Part shown: piece by piece, positions 32,611-42,799 of the stretch
Layout: each line of letters opens with the position of its first letter
How positions within the stretch are numbered: position 1 is the first letter of the stretch
DNA from: Diplonema japonicum
Lineage: Eukaryota > Protista > Euglenozoa: Diplonemea
Direction: 5' to 3'
DNA length: 64,000 bases
NCBI GenBank assembly: GCA_964019335.1
Contig: OZ025752.1
Coordinates: 62,001 to 126,000 of the forward strand
The notes under the pieces: model-generated
What the model saw: only the letters and a program-made list of their open reading frames with translations
What the model was told of the DNA's origin: nothing
Databases searched by the model: none
Position numbers and translations under genes: made by a program

Positions 32611-33237
32611 TCCCCCAAAGAACACGAAGATCTTACGCAAGTAAGAGTGCTGGCCCGGCGAGCTACGAGGGCAAAAACCTCATTTTCTTCTAGAAGATGA
32701 GAAATGTATTATAGTGCGACATGATCAGACTGGAACGGCCGCCCCGGGGCATCCTCTGCTCAACCCGGCGGACGTGGGAGGCCCTTCTTCGGAAGGTGCC
32801 AGTCGCTTGATCAGTGTCGTCGAATGCGCGCTATATTTTATAAGTACATATAACAATCGATTGAAAGAAAAAGAACGCATACCAAGGGTTTGGTACGGCC
32901 GTGCCACAAGATGAACCGGATGCTGTCCGAACCCTGCCGCATGACTCTGTCATGGCGTGAGATTTGTTTGCTGGTCTCCTTTTTCGTTTTTCTGCCCACT
33001 GTCGTCTTCCGGAGTTGAACCGTGCCCACGGGGTTGTATTTTCTGTTGCGCTGAACCTCCGATAGCATGCATACCCAAGTAAAAGACAGCCTACCTCTCT
33101 GTCAGGTACTTTTATTCTATTTTATTCGACTTTCTCACCTGTTTTAATTGTTTAAGTGGGTTCAGAAGGGTTTCTAAATATTCTTTTTGAAATGTGATCA
33201 ACATTAGTAGTGAAATCGTCCCCCCCCCCCCCCCCCT

Positions 33238-33428
33238 TAGGCCTATGCTGGCATGGAAACGCGTTTCCATGCATTTTTTGAAAAAAAGGGAAACGGATAC
33301 GGAAACGGAAACGGAAACGTTTCCTTATGTTTCCTTAAGAAGGAAGCCGTTTCCATAAGAATTTTGAAAAGTATGGAAACGGGAACGGAAACGGAAACGT
33401 TTCCACGTTTCCTGCCAGCATAGCCCTA
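33238..33428. mobile_element. hAT-like MITE
   Basis: TIRs taggcctatgctggcatggaaacg / cgtttcctgccagcatagcccta with internal GGAAAC subterminal repeats. No clear 8-bp TSD. Confidence 0.7.
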
Positions 33429-33458
33429 GGCATAGTGGTGAGACGGCTCGCACCAAAT

Positions 33459-33494
33459 TCTCGCATCATTCTCGCATGCGAGAATGATGCGAGA
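33459..33494. repeat. Perfect 36-bp palindrome
   Basis: tctcgcatcattctcgca|tgcgagaatgatgcgaga. Confidence 0.9.
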
Positions 33495-33639
33495 TTTTTT
33501 TTTTTGGCCGAAACTTCAACAGGGAAAGCCAGGTGCCTGAGTGTCAAAATCTTCGAAGGACCTGTGCTCTGCCCCGTGGTGGGGCAGGAGTTCATAGACG
33601 GGTGGGCGATGTTGTGTTTGGTCGCAGGTACCACCAACC

Positions 33640-34980
33640 ACCAAGCAGCAAACATGAATGGCAAGGCAAGGAGAGGTCGGATGGACACCCCGCTGGTAGA
33701 CAACGGACAAGTTATCCACGAAGACTTTGAAAGGGCGGAAATCCTCGGGAAGTACTTCACTTCCATCAGCAAGTCCGAAAAAAACGACTACGAACCCTAG
33801 CACATCCAACTCCCCCCGACAGACTCAGAGAAAGCAGCGGCCCTCCAGACGATCTCCAAACTGCCCAAGGCCGACATCACCGTGTACACCGACGGATCAC
33901 CGACGAACGGGAAGTACAACGGAGCTCAGCGCAGGAGTCTGCGATCTCTGCGACAGCTACCAAGCGGAGATGACGGCAATCAGTGTGGCGCTCGCGAAGC
34001 TGGTGAAAGAAGACACACGAGAACAGCAGATCAACCTCCTGACCGACTCGATGGCAAGCTTGATGAAACTGAAACAGGGCCCATGTGGCTGGAGTGTGGC
34101 GAGACATACACGCGCTGACGAAAAATGGGAACTACCTCACATGCTGCTACGTCCCAGGCCACTGCGGACTAGAAGGGAACGAGAAAGCAGATGAGCTGGC
34201 GGAAAAAGGCAGGGAAGAAGAGGCAACCCAAAAAATCAGCATGGGCGCAGCGAAGAACCACCTGCATCAGACAGAGAAGCAAAACATAGTTGCTGGGTTT
34301 AAAGAAGGAGAGGACATACTACAAGTGGGCAGGGAAGACAGAAGCACCCAAAAGGATGGAAGGGCTCAGCAGAAAAGAAGAGGTGATGATCAATCAGCTG
34401 AAGTCCGGGCATCACAAGCTGTTGAAGAAAGACTTCAAGCAACGCATTTGCGAAAGATGCGGACCCGCAACAGAGAGAACGCTCGAACACCTCCTCCTGA
34501 AATGCCCTGCTACCAAAGCGGCCAGGGCTAAACACTTCGACACCCTGACGCTAAAGCACATCCTTGGGAAAGACCCCCGAAAAGCGATCCTATTCCTTGA
34601 AGAGACCGAAAACCAACCCCCCAAACCCACCACAGCAACCGACTAACCCGCCGACGCAGCAAAGCCGATCAAGGCGGCTGAGCGAATTGAAAGAGTGAAA
34701 AAAAAAAAAAAAAGCCCCCCCTCAAACCCACCCCAATATATTTGAAAAAAAAAAGAAAAAAAAAAAAGAAGAGGCTGAGGACCGGCACCCTCAGTAGCCT
34801 TCAAAAAAAAAAAAAAAAAAATGCCAAACAACCAGCAAAGCTTGTGGGTAGAGAACACCAGTACGGTCATGAGTACTCGGGCAACCGGGTGAGCGTCTCG
34901 AGACACTTCCAACCCACCTAGTGGGTGCGGCCTTAGCAAGTCGAAAAGGAAGTGGAATTTAAAAAAAAAAAAAAAAAAGA
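33640..34980 (+). mobile_element. Internally deleted Ingi/I-like LINE (RNase H, CCHC, structured 3'UTR, poly(A))
   Basis: Motifs VYTDGS, LLTDSMASL, YVPGHCGLEGNEKADELA and CERCG...LEHLLLKCP. The 3'UTR is shared with 50760-51054. Confidence 0.85.
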
Positions 34981-34984
34981 AGCG

Positions 34985-35946
34985 GCGGAAACCGTACTTG
35001 TGTTTCTTCCTCGTTCAGAAGAGGCTTGCGACCCGCAGTAACGGGTGCGACGGGGATAGACCTTGGAGCATACCAAAGCGGTGTTCCCAGTCTGATATAG
35101 TCTGGACGTCCTTCGCGCGGTACCAGCCCTGGGCCGCCGTGGTACCATGGCTGGCTGCGTAGCGGCCTATTTTGGCCTTTTCAGCCTCATTTACACGGGA
35201 AAAACAGAACCAGCTCGCTGCAGGAAAATACCCCGGGTCCGTCCCTCGTGTTGCACCCCCCCCCAAAAAAAAGGCTGGAGTTTAACAGCTTCGAAATCTC
35301 CCTGGGCTACCCAAGAAACGCTTCAGCTCTGGGTAAAATGTGTCTTTCTCCCCTGTTGCTATAAACTTATAAAGTCATCGGGCTGGGCACCCACCGAGCC
35401 CATCTTGCTCATCCTAGATGACTACAATGGCCACACTACGGATGATTTTGTGAACTTGTTTTTAGAAACAAACGTTCACTTAGCTTTTGTCCCTCCAGGC
35501 CTCACCTATTTGTGCCAGCCCTGGACATAGGACTGAACACCTCAATGAAGGCGACAATCAAGACCAAGTATAAAAAGTGCTCTATGAGGAGGCTGGACAA
35601 GTATGTGGAAGAAGGGAACCGTCAGGAAGGGTGGACGGCCACATCGGGAAGGGGCCAGAGAAGTGTTGGATAACACGATTGTCGGCGTCTGGAATGTGTT
35701 TAGGGGGCTCGGAAAATGAGAAATAAAAAGCACAAGAACAACCCTAAAGCAAGCACAAGGAGTGGTTCGGTTCGACAAGTTTGTGGTAGAAGCGAACAAT
35801 CAGGATCTGAAGTGTCTTTTAGTTCTTAGAAAAGTCCGTTGTTTCTCTTGCTACAGAAACTAGTTTCATCCGTTCTGGTCCAGCCCTTTAAAAAAAGAAA
35901 AGGGGGTCCGGACAATTTTTCTTCCGGTGATTTTTGTTTTACAGTA
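34985..35946. mobile_element. Rearranged pogo-like transposon remnant (inverted 5' piece, 3' piece, right end)
   Basis: ~34990-35189 is the reverse complement of ~53763-53970, and 35190-35536 matches 54440-54781. It ends in ttttacagta. Confidence 0.8.
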
Positions 35947-36265
35947 TTTGGGAAAAAACACATTATTTGGGAGGGAATTATTCGGGCCCCCTTTAGATAG
36001 GAACTCACACCACAAGAGGCTGTCCTCAAAGTGGGATAGTCTTTTACTATGAGTTTTTTTTTTTTTTTGCGTCAATTACTGTGTATAACGAAAATCACCG
36101 GAAGGAAAATGCCCCTCATCTTAAGGATGTCTGTCACTATTATTCTATTTTTATTCGACTTTCTGTTTTTTATGCAGTATATGTCCCCTCTTCCCCTGTT
36201 TTTTTTTATTGTTCTCTCCCACCTTACTTTAATATCATTTCAGCCACCCCCTCATAACAGCAAAC

Positions 36266-38410
36266 ATGGATGTGTTCGTAAAGGACGCTGCAGGGAAGCG
36301 CAAAGAGATGGTGGTGAAGGAGCACAGCACGCTTGCGGAGGTGGTGGAGGAGGCAGAGAGGGTGCTGGGCTATGAGGTGAAGGGGTGCACGGAGCTGTGG
36401 TACGATGGGGCTGTGGTGGCAGAGGGAGGGGACAGCAGCTTCTGCGGGCTGACGGGGATCAGTGCAGGCGACGAAGTGCAGGCCGTCTACTCCAATGCGA
36501 AGATGAAGGAAGAATTCAAGACAGGCAAGGTCCCCTTCGACCACACTTCCCCTGATGTGATGCGAGGCGATGCTGAGATAGTTCTCCTTGCAGCGCAGAG
36601 GGACACGAACTTGTTGAAGTACGCCCTCCCCTCCCTTAGGGGGGACAAGGGCTTTATGCTGTCTGCATTGAAGGCTTTCAGGTATTGTTATGGTTCCGAT
36701 ATCCTTCACCATGCCACCCCCGAGCTCCTCGACGACGCTGGCTTTGCGGCCGACGCCATCATGACAAGACCATTAGACAGCCTTCTTAACTTTTCCAAGA
36801 GGTTGCAGACCGACCCGAGAGTGTGCCTTCTCCACAAGGCCACAAAACAGCGATTGCTCCCCGACCCTGTCCTTTCTGACGACACGGAGGTCGCCATGCT
36901 TCAGATCGAGATGTGGGACAGGGCCCACGAAGCCACGCCATGGGACTTTTCTGACGACCACTCGTGCTGTCTGCAGCATGTCTCTGAGCGTCTGCAGGGT
37001 GACAAGGAGTTGGTGCTGGCTGCTGTGGAGTATGACGGGATGAGCTTGAAGCACGCAGCGGGGCCCTTGAGGAACGACCCTGATGTTGTTCGTGCAGCTG
37101 TGCAGCAGAATGGGATGGCCTTGGGTTTTGCATCTGGGAAGGAGGAAGAAGAGGAAGAAGAAACCTCGCGGAGCCACTGGAAGAAGCGAGTGGGAGTCCT
37201 TCGTTCACTGTGCATACGACGCATGGTCACTGTCCCAACAGGTACCCTCAAGCCTGGGCTTGTGAAGCTGCTGAGGCAGTATGACAAAGAGAAGAGGCAG
37301 GAGAAAAAAGCAAAAGAGGCAAAAGAAAAGGAAGAAGAGAAGGCAAAAGCAAAAGAAAAGGGGGGAGAGAAGGAGAAAGCCATTGGGGAAAAGAGAGAGC
37401 TTGATGGGCCAGCTGGAGACCAACCCCCTGCAAAGAAACCTAAAACAGAAGTGGTGTCGTTCAGAAGCAACCCGGAGTTTGCGATGTTGGCGGTGAAGCA
37501 GAACTGGATGGCCGTTTGCCACCTCACAGGTGCGGCGAGGGACAGCAAGGAGGTGGCATTGAAGGCTCTTCGGGCAGATAATGATGCTTACGATTACCTA
37601 CCAAAGCGACTTCAGGAAGACAAGGATGTGGCTGTGGCGATGGTGAGTTCGGACGGGAGGCGTGTGCAGTACCTCCCCAAGAAGCTGAAGCAAGACAAGT
37701 GTGTGGTGCTGGCGGCGGTGAAGCAGAACTGGATGGCCGTTTGCTACTTGCAATTTCATTTCTTCAGCCACAGGGACAACAAGGAGATGGCATTGGAGGC
37801 TCTTCGGGCAGATAATGATACTTACGATTACCTACCAAAGCGACTTCGTAATGACAAGGAAGTGGCGCTGACGATGGTGAGTTCAAACGGGATGCGAGTG
37901 CAGTGCCTCCCCAAGAAGCTGAGGAAGGACAAGTGTGTGGTGCTGGCGGCGGTGAAGCAGGACGGGACTGCATTGAAGTGTGTGAAGCAGTACTTCGATG
38001 ACGACAGGGATGTGGCCTTGGTGGCTTGCATCAGTGGCGGGTGGCCTTACCTCTCCGACAGGCTGAAGGGGGACAAGCAGCTCGCGATGAGGGCAGTGGC
38101 GCACGACGGAAAGCTCTTTGAGCAGTTCAGCCCAGAGCTTCGGAGCGATAAGGACGTGGCACTGATCGCTGTGAAGACGATGGCAAAGCTCTCCACATCC
38201 AGTGGACACACAACCTTGAAGATGGTGGGGGAGGGTCTGGCACCATTACTGGAATTTGCTTATGCCGTATTGAATGATAGTGACTGCACAGGAGTTGATG
38301 AGCTCAAGATGAGCGTGTTGCGCAGCACCCTGCCAGAAGGAGAACAAATGCCGACAACTTCTGATAAATCCGAAGAAGAAGGAAGAACACTGAATCTGAA
38401 GAAGAATTAA
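36266..38410 (+). CDS. UBL-DUF4116-SAP-NLS copy B (714 aa, one extra repeat block)
   Basis: Intact ORF paralogous to copy A. Confidence 0.85.
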   Translation: MDVFVKDAAGKRKEMVVKEHSTLAEVVEEAERVLGYEVKGCTELWYDGAVVAEGGDSSFCGLTGISAGDEVQAVYSNAKMKEEFKTGKVPFDHTSPDVMRGDAEIVLLAAQRDTNLLKYALPSLRGDKGFMLSALKAFRYCYGSDILHHATPELLDDAGFAADAIMTRPLDSLLNFSKRLQTDPRVCLLHKATKQRLLPDPVLSDDTEVAMLQIEMWDRAHEATPWDFSDDHSCCLQHVSERLQGDKELVLAAVEYDGMSLKHAAGPLRNDPDVVRAAVQQNGMALGFASGKEEEEEEETSRSHWKKRVGVLRSLCIRRMVTVPTGTLKPGLVKLLRQYDKEKRQEKKAKEAKEKEEEKAKAKEKGGEKEKAIGEKRELDGPAGDQPPAKKPKTEVVSFRSNPEFAMLAVKQNWMAVCHLTGAARDSKEVALKALRADNDAYDYLPKRLQEDKDVAVAMVSSDGRRVQYLPKKLKQDKCVVLAAVKQNWMAVCYLQFHFFSHRDNKEMALEALRADNDTYDYLPKRLRNDKEVALTMVSSNGMRVQCLPKKLRKDKCVVLAAVKQDGTALKCVKQYFDDDRDVALVACISGGWPYLSDRLKGDKQLAMRAVAHDGKLFEQFSPELRSDKDVALIAVKTMAKLSTSSGHTTLKMVGEGLAPLLEFAYAVLNDSDCTGVDELKMSVLRSTLPEGEQMPTTSDKSEEEGRTLNLKKN

Positions 38411-38607
38411 AAAAAAAACTTTTTTTTGACACCGGTAGTTTGTGAGAGGATAGAGTCCCCTTTACTTTTAGCCTATTTGGGCGATTGCATTCTCTTGAGA
38501 CACATCTCTTTTTCTCAGTGATTTTTATTGTGACTCTGTTTTTTCTCTCTCGTTCTGCCCCCCCTTTCCCTTTACAACATTTCAGCCACCCCCTCATAAC
38601 AGCAAAC

Positions 38608-40545
38608 ATGGATGTGTTCGTAAAGGACGCTGCAGGGAAGCGCAAAGAGATGGTGGTGAAGGAGCACAGCACGCTTGCGGAGGTGGTGGAGGAGGCAGAG
38701 AGGGTGCTGGGCTATGAGGTGAAGGGGTGCACGGAGCTGTGGTACGATGGGGCTGTGGTGGCAGAGGGAGGGGACAGCAGCTTCTGCGGGCTGACGGGGA
38801 TCAGTGCAGGCGACGAAGTGCAGGCCGTCTACTCCAATGCGAAGATGAAGGAAGAATTCAAGACAGGCAAGGTCCCCTTCGACCACACTTCCCCTGATGT
38901 GATGCGAGGCGATGCTGAGATCGCTCTTCTCGCAGTGAAGAGGGACACGAACTTGTTGAAGCACGCCCTCCCCTCCCTTAGGGGGGACAAGGGCTTTATG
39001 CTGTCTGCATTGAAGGCTGTCCACCGTGCTGATGAGGTCATTCACCATGCCACCCCCGAGCTCCTCGACGACGCTGGCTTTGCGGCCGACGCCATCATGA
39101 CAAAACCATTTGACAATCTTCTTAACTTTTCCAAGAGGTTGCAGACCGACCCGAGAGTGTGCCTTCTCCACAAGGCCAGGCAACAGCGATTGCTCCCCGA
39201 CTCTGTCCTTTCTGACGACACGGAGGTCGCCATGCTTCAGATCAAGATGTGGGACAGGGCCCACGAAGCCACGCCATGGGACTTTTCTGACGACCACGAG
39301 TGCTGTCTGCAGCATGTCTCTGAGCGTCTGCAGGGTGACAAGGAGTTGGTGCTGGCTGCTGTGGAGTATGACGGGATGAGCTTGAAGCACGCAGCGGGGC
39401 CCTTGAGGAACGACCCTGATGTTGTTCGTGCAGCTGTGCAGCAGAATGGGATGGCCTTGGGTTTTGCATCTGGGAAGGAGGAAGAAGAGGAAGGCTCGCA
39501 GAGCTACGGGAAGAAGCGAAAAGGTGTCCTTTGTTCACTGTGCATACGACGCATGGTCACTGTCCCAACAGGTACCCTCAAGCCTGGGCTTGTGAAGCTG
39601 CTGAGGCAGTATGACAAAGAGAAGAGGCAGGAGAAAAAAGCAAAAGAGGCAAAAGAAAAGGAAGAAGAGAAGGCGAAAGCAATAGAAAAGGGGGGAGAGA
39701 AGGAGAAAGCCATTGGGGAAAAGAGAGAGCTTGATGAACCAGCTGGAGACCAACCCCCTGCAAAGAAACCTAAAACAGAAGTGGTGTCCTTCAGAAGCAA
39801 CCCGGAGTTTGCGATGTTGGCGGTGAAGCAGAACTGGATGGCCGTTTGCCACCTCACAGGTGCGGCGAGGGACAGCAAGGAGGTGGCATTGAAGGCTCTT
39901 CGGGCAGATAATGATGCTTACGATTACCTACCAAAGCGACTTCAGGAAGACAAGGATGTGGCTGTGGCGATGGTGAGTTCGGACGGGAGGCGTGTGCAGT
40001 ACCTCTCCAAGAAGCTGAGGAAGGAAAAGTGTGTGGTGCTGGCGGCGGTGAAGCAAAACGGGACTGCATTGAAGTATGTGAAGCAGTACTTCGATGACGA
40101 CAGGGATGTGGCCTTGATGGCTTGCATCAGTGGCGGGTGGCCTTACCTCTCCGACAGGCTGAAGGGGGACAAGCAGCTCGCGATGAGGGCAGTGGCACAC
40201 GACGGAAAGCTCTTTGAGAAGCTCAGCCCAGAGCTTCGGAGCGATAAGGACGTGGCACTGATCGCTGTGAAGAGGATGGCAATGAACTCAAGGTACGGTG
40301 GACACACAACCTTGAAGATGGTGGGGGAGGGTCTGGCACCATTACTGGAATTTGCTTATGCCGTATTGAATGATAGTGACTGCACAGGAGTTGATGAGCT
40401 CAAGATGAGCGTGTTGCGCAGCACCCTGCCAGAAGGAGAAAAAATGCCAACTTCGATCGGTCGAAGAAGATTCAAGAAAAAAATAATATTCGTTGAATCT
40501 GAATCCGAAGAAGATGAGAACACTGAATCGAATAGGAGACAATAG
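38608..40545 (+). CDS. UBL-DUF4116-SAP-NLS copy C (645 aa)
   Basis: The ATG at 38608 follows the CATTTCAG cassette. The stop codon is supplied by an inserted retroposon. Confidence 0.85.
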   Translation: MDVFVKDAAGKRKEMVVKEHSTLAEVVEEAERVLGYEVKGCTELWYDGAVVAEGGDSSFCGLTGISAGDEVQAVYSNAKMKEEFKTGKVPFDHTSPDVMRGDAEIALLAVKRDTNLLKHALPSLRGDKGFMLSALKAVHRADEVIHHATPELLDDAGFAADAIMTKPFDNLLNFSKRLQTDPRVCLLHKARQQRLLPDSVLSDDTEVAMLQIKMWDRAHEATPWDFSDDHECCLQHVSERLQGDKELVLAAVEYDGMSLKHAAGPLRNDPDVVRAAVQQNGMALGFASGKEEEEEGSQSYGKKRKGVLCSLCIRRMVTVPTGTLKPGLVKLLRQYDKEKRQEKKAKEAKEKEEEKAKAIEKGGEKEKAIGEKRELDEPAGDQPPAKKPKTEVVSFRSNPEFAMLAVKQNWMAVCHLTGAARDSKEVALKALRADNDAYDYLPKRLQEDKDVAVAMVSSDGRRVQYLSKKLRKEKCVVLAAVKQNGTALKYVKQYFDDDRDVALMACISGGWPYLSDRLKGDKQLAMRAVAHDGKLFEKLSPELRSDKDVALIAVKRMAMNSRYGGHTTLKMVGEGLAPLLEFAYAVLNDSDCTGVDELKMSVLRSTLPEGEKMPTSIGRRRFKKKIIFVESESEEDENTESNRRQ

Positions 40546-40666
40546 CCACAAAAGCCTGTGGAAAACGAAGCAGCAGGGGAACCCCTACATACGTGTGAGG
40601 GCACAGGTCTTAGAGGCGTCACAAGAGCAGCAATGCGACTCATTTATGAGTTAGATTTTTAAAAAA
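40530..40666 (+). mobile_element. Short retroposon (SINE or truncated LINE tail) with gaatc TSD
   Basis: gaatc at 40525-40529 and 40667-40671. A 3' hairpin actcat-tt-atgagt precedes the A-tail. A second copy lies at 41166-41315. Confidence 0.75.
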
Positions 40667-40899
40667 GAATCTCTATCCGAATCTCATTAAAAGAAATCTT
40701 TGAAACCGGTAGTTTTTGAGAGGATAGAGTCCCCATTCTTTCTTTTAGCCCACTCCTCTTTTTTTTTTTTTTTTTTTTTTTTGTGGGCGAGCGATGGTAC
40801 CTTGGCAAGAGGTCTAGGCAGCGTCAGCCACCCCCTCATAACAGCAAACGGCCTCAACAGCAGCAGTTTAAAAAAAAAAAAAAAAAAACAGCAGCAAAC

Positions 40900-41360
40900 A
40901 TGGATGTGTTCGTAAAGGACGCTGCAGGGAAGCGCAAAGAGATGGTGGTGAAGGAGCACAGCACGCTTGCGGAGGTGGTGGAGGAGGCAGAGAGGGTGCT
41001 GGGCTATGAGGTGAAGGGGTGCACGGAGCTGTGGTACGATGGGGCTGTGGTGGCAGAGGGAGGGGACAGCAGCTTCTGCGGGCTGACGGGGATCAGTGCA
41101 GGCGACGAAGTGCAGGCCGTCTACTCCAATGCGAAGATGAAGGAAGAATTCAAGACAGGCAAGGTGAGCAAAAATAGGAGACAATAGCCACAAAAGCCTG
41201 TGGGAAACGAAGCAGCAGGGGAACCCCTACATACGTGTGAGGGCACAGGTCTTAGAAGCGTCCCAAGAGCAACAAAGCGACTCATTTACGAGTTAGATTT
41301 AAAAAAAAAAAAAAAAAGACAGGCAAGGTCACTTTCAACGACACTTCCCCTGATGTGAAG
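40900..41360 (+). pseudogene. UBL-family copy interrupted by a retroposon and truncated
   Basis: The UBL is intact. Gene sequence resumes after the second TSD copy (cactttcaacgacacttcccctgatgtga) and then breaks off. Confidence 0.8.
41152..41329 (+). mobile_element. 150-nt poly(A)-tailed retroposon with 14-bp TSD aagacaggcaaggt
   Basis: TSD copies at 41152-41165 and 41316-41329. The empty site is seen in the intact paralogs. Confidence 0.9.
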
Positions 41361-41364
41361 CCTC

Positions 41365-42513
41365 ACCTCCCCACAGCTATGGCAGCGAGTCAATGAGATT
41401 GTTACACTGTACCGGGAGCGAGAGGACGACGAGGAGAGGGGGCCGCTAGGGGTCTTGCTGAAGAGGTGGCTACCCTTCTTGAACAAGGGGTGGTCCTTCA
41501 TTGAAGGTTTGCGCGCTCTGGTGCCCAGTGCGAGACGCCATGAAGTAAGACAGGCGATCAGACCGGCTGTTGCAAAGGAATTGATCCACGGCAGGTCGTC
41601 TTTTGCTGGAATGGAAGCGGGTGCATGTCCGTCCACGAACGCCTGGTGGAGGAAGCTCCAGTCACGGAGACCGCTGATATCGTCAGACTGCGGCGGATCA
41701 TCAGCGGTGCAGTGTTCACGGTACACCCTCGAGTGTGGGAAGCAATTGGATGAACGTGAGGGTGTGGAAAGCTCGTCTCTAGCGTGCGACGTCTGCGACC
41801 ATCGATGCCAGACGACGACAGAAGTCACGGAGCACGCCCTATGGGAATGTGCACCAGCGAGAGCTGCCCTGACAAACGAAAGATATGGCGGGATGACACG
41901 AAGTGACCTACCTGCAGTGACCGCCCTCCACGGGATCATTCCAAGGGGCGCAACGGGGGCTGCGAAGCAACAGGCGGCAGTCGTGCAACGATACCTGTTG
42001 GATGTCGTGTCAAGACGAGACGCCAGAGCGGCTGAACGGAGCACCAGAATCCTCACCACCAACCCGTGGGATGGGATCACAACGGGGAAGCACACTGTGC
42101 CCACAGTGGAGCTGTTGAAATCGAACGGAGCGTCGGGAAAGGTCCTAATGTTCTACATGAAGAGCGTCCTCAGGTGGCTGAAAAGCCTAAGATGGTACGC
42201 AGGCAGGAAGTTGACGTCCGTCACGACGATGGAGCTCGCAGTAGACTATGAGCAGGCCACCCGACAGTCCTTGGCTGGACCCCTCGACGACCAGGACTGG
42301 CTCACAGAGAAGGCTGGAAGGATGCGATACATCTTAGGACGTATTCAGAAATGCACAGCAAAGAGTGGGAAGAATGCTTTCCCCGCCAACGCAAAGACAA
42401 GGGTACACACCCTTCGACATCTTGGGGGCCCGACGACACACGGCTACGACAGGAGACCACTCTTCTCCTCGAGCCAAACCGCCCCCTATCCTAAAACCAT
42501 TTCAGCTACCTAG
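41365..42513 (+). mobile_element. C-terminal fragment of a non-LTR-like ORF (second family)
   Basis: CDVC...EHALWEC zinc knuckle of the type found downstream of RT, plus LRW...ELAVDYE and GYDRRP shared with 42724-43980 and ~61800-61990. Confidence 0.6.
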
Positions 42514-42662
42514 CACGACTCCAAGCAATGTTTCTCGCCCAGATGCCGTCCATCTCATCGCGACAAACAGCCACCGCAGGCACCAGACAGCAACCGCAGA
42601 ACGGTGACCGATTAGTGTGAATTTCTCCCTGAACGGTGAGTACCCACCCGCACACCGAAATT

Positions 42663-42705
<43 letters not shown>

Positions 42706-42799
42706 AAGAACAAGAAAAACTTTTTGATAAATGAATTGTTAGTGCTAAAAAGAGTTGGGTTTATCCTTCTACAGGTTAATCCCGGCTGTGCACAAACAA

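Noticed and set aside
34129-34141. 13-nt match (ggaactacctcac) between the array core and LINE RNase H, read as a guide-target pair
   Set aside because: The match is short, same-sense and does not extend, so it is compatible with chance.
38485-38607. N-terminal signal-like extensions on UBL ORFs (also at 48965, 57061 and 59289)
   Set aside because: They are read-through of the pyrimidine tract from non-ATG starts. The shared ATG (MDVFVK) lies downstream of the acceptor AG.
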